A stretch of 64,000 nt of DNA from an uncultured Acidobacteriota bacterium (lineage in GTDB: Bacteria; Acidobacteriota; Thermoanaerobaculia; Multivoradales; UBA5704), in contig CAVYRF010000001.1 in NCBI GenBank assembly GCA_963770895.1, positions 1,440,001 through 1,504,000 on the forward strand, given 5' to 3'. Shown here in pieces: positions 62,901-64,000 of this stretch (positions are counted from its first letter, which is position 1; each line of letters begins with the position of its first letter). The position numbers and the translations under genes are program-made. The notes below the pieces were generated by a model. That model was not told where the DNA came from. It saw only the letters and a program-made list of their open reading frames with translations, and searched no databases.

Positions 62901-63238
62901 GGGCGGCTCCGCTTCAGCCACTCGCGGAACTCGCGCTCCAGGTCGGCGTCGGTGGCCTGCGCCGAGCGCTGTAGGCTGGCGATCGCTGGTCGAAAGTTGT
63001 CTTCGAGAACGCACTCGATCGTCCCCAGGACGTCTGTCGCCCGGTCATACGGTTTGCGGCCCTCCTGGCGAGCCTCAAGGTCGGTCGGCCGGGGCAGGCC
63101 CCGATGGACCGCTTCGAGAAGGTCGACGAGGGCCAGGACCTGGCAGGCGGCGTCACCGAGCGCAGCTTGCGCTCGGGCGACGGTCCAGGCGGGCGGTGGT
63201 GGAGGGGCTGGCAGGTTACACTGCGGGCAGCTCGGCAT
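62897..63238 (-). CDS. Hypothetical protein
   Basis: ATG start, coupled to next gene; partial homolog at ~41770-41940. Confidence 0.6.
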   Translation of the reverse strand: MPSCPQCNLPAPPPPPAWTVARAQAALGDAACQVLALVDLLEAVHRGLPRPTDLEARQEGRKPYDRATDVLGTIECVLEDNFRPAIASLQRSAQATDADLEREFREWLKRSRP

Positions 63239-63480
63239 GGAGGTGTCTTCTCCGTTCCGGGTCAGGCCGCGGCGGGAGCTCCTACTCTCGCCGTGGCCGT
63301 CTGGTTTGAGTTTGGGGGCGGCACCGTGACGCCCCGCCTTGGTTCAGGCTTGCGGGAAGGGGTTCAGCTCCACCGGTTAGCGGCGCAAGGTCCCAAGCTT
63401 CTCGCTCTTCGGTCGCGTCCTCCTTTCTGGCGCCGGCTGCCCGGTCAGCTTCCAGGCGTGCGCCCCGTTCCCTGCGCCCA

Positions 63481-63916
63481 TCAACGTTCCCGCTCAGCTG
63501 GCCGCCGGGGGGCGCGGTGGTCGTTCGGGCTAGCCGTGGGTTCGGGGGGGACTTCGGCGTTGGTTCCGCCACGCAGCGCCGCTGCGATCTCGTTCGAGAT
63601 CCGGTCGGCCGCTGCGCGCAGCGGGTCATCGGCGAAGTGGGTATAGCGCTGCGTCGTGCTCGCCTGGGTGTGGCCGAGAATCCGGCCGATCACCGGCAGG
63701 CCCAGGCCGGCGGCGGCGCCGATCGCCGCGTAGGAATGACGCAGGTCATGGATTCGCAGCTCGGGGAAACCGGCGGCGCGGCGGAGGCGGCGCCAGGAGT
63801 GCTCGACGTTGACCCAATGCGAGCCCGGACGCTCGCCAGGAAAGACGTACGGATTGCCGGCGACCCGCGCAAGGCTGGCCAGGATCTCCGTCGCGGCGGC
63901 GCCCAGCGGCACGCAG
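63481..63916 (-). pseudogene. Tyrosine integrase C-terminal fragment
   Basis: Near-identical inverted copy of ~50703..51137. Confidence 0.85.
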
Positions 63917-64000
63917 CCCGAAAAGGTTGCCGTCGCGCAGGAAGTCGAGGCGGACTTGGCGCAGGGCGTGATCGACCGTCCATTTGTCACGCACGAAGTG

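Overview
High-GC accessory region, probably from Acidobacteriota (Thermoanaerobaculia-like; inferred from protein types, not from marker genes). The left ~37 kb is a type III CRISPR-Cas supercluster. It has three arrays with related 37-bp repeats (18, 12 and 29 repeats), all read on the minus strand. It has a stand-alone RT-cas1-cas2 adaptation module whose RT shows a degenerate YADN motif, and one intact cas6. It has two divergent type III-D-like operons, each with an HD-less GGDD Cas10. Effectors are a Cam1-like 2TM-CARF, a TIGR02710-like CARF-HEPN, and an unusual 2TM-(partial CARF)-S8 peptidase fusion. Many cas1, cas2 and cas6 remnants and an IS701 are present, and the cluster is bracketed by direct copies of a SLOG-gene module. 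The right ~27 kb is a mosaic of gene fragments: an orphan lanthipeptide-like precursor, tyrosine integrases (one split by an IS3), PIN toxin-antitoxin pairs, and an IS21 whose istA is split by a serine-recombinase element, at the centre of a large mirror-symmetric arrangement. All family calls come from motifs read by eye; no searches were run.
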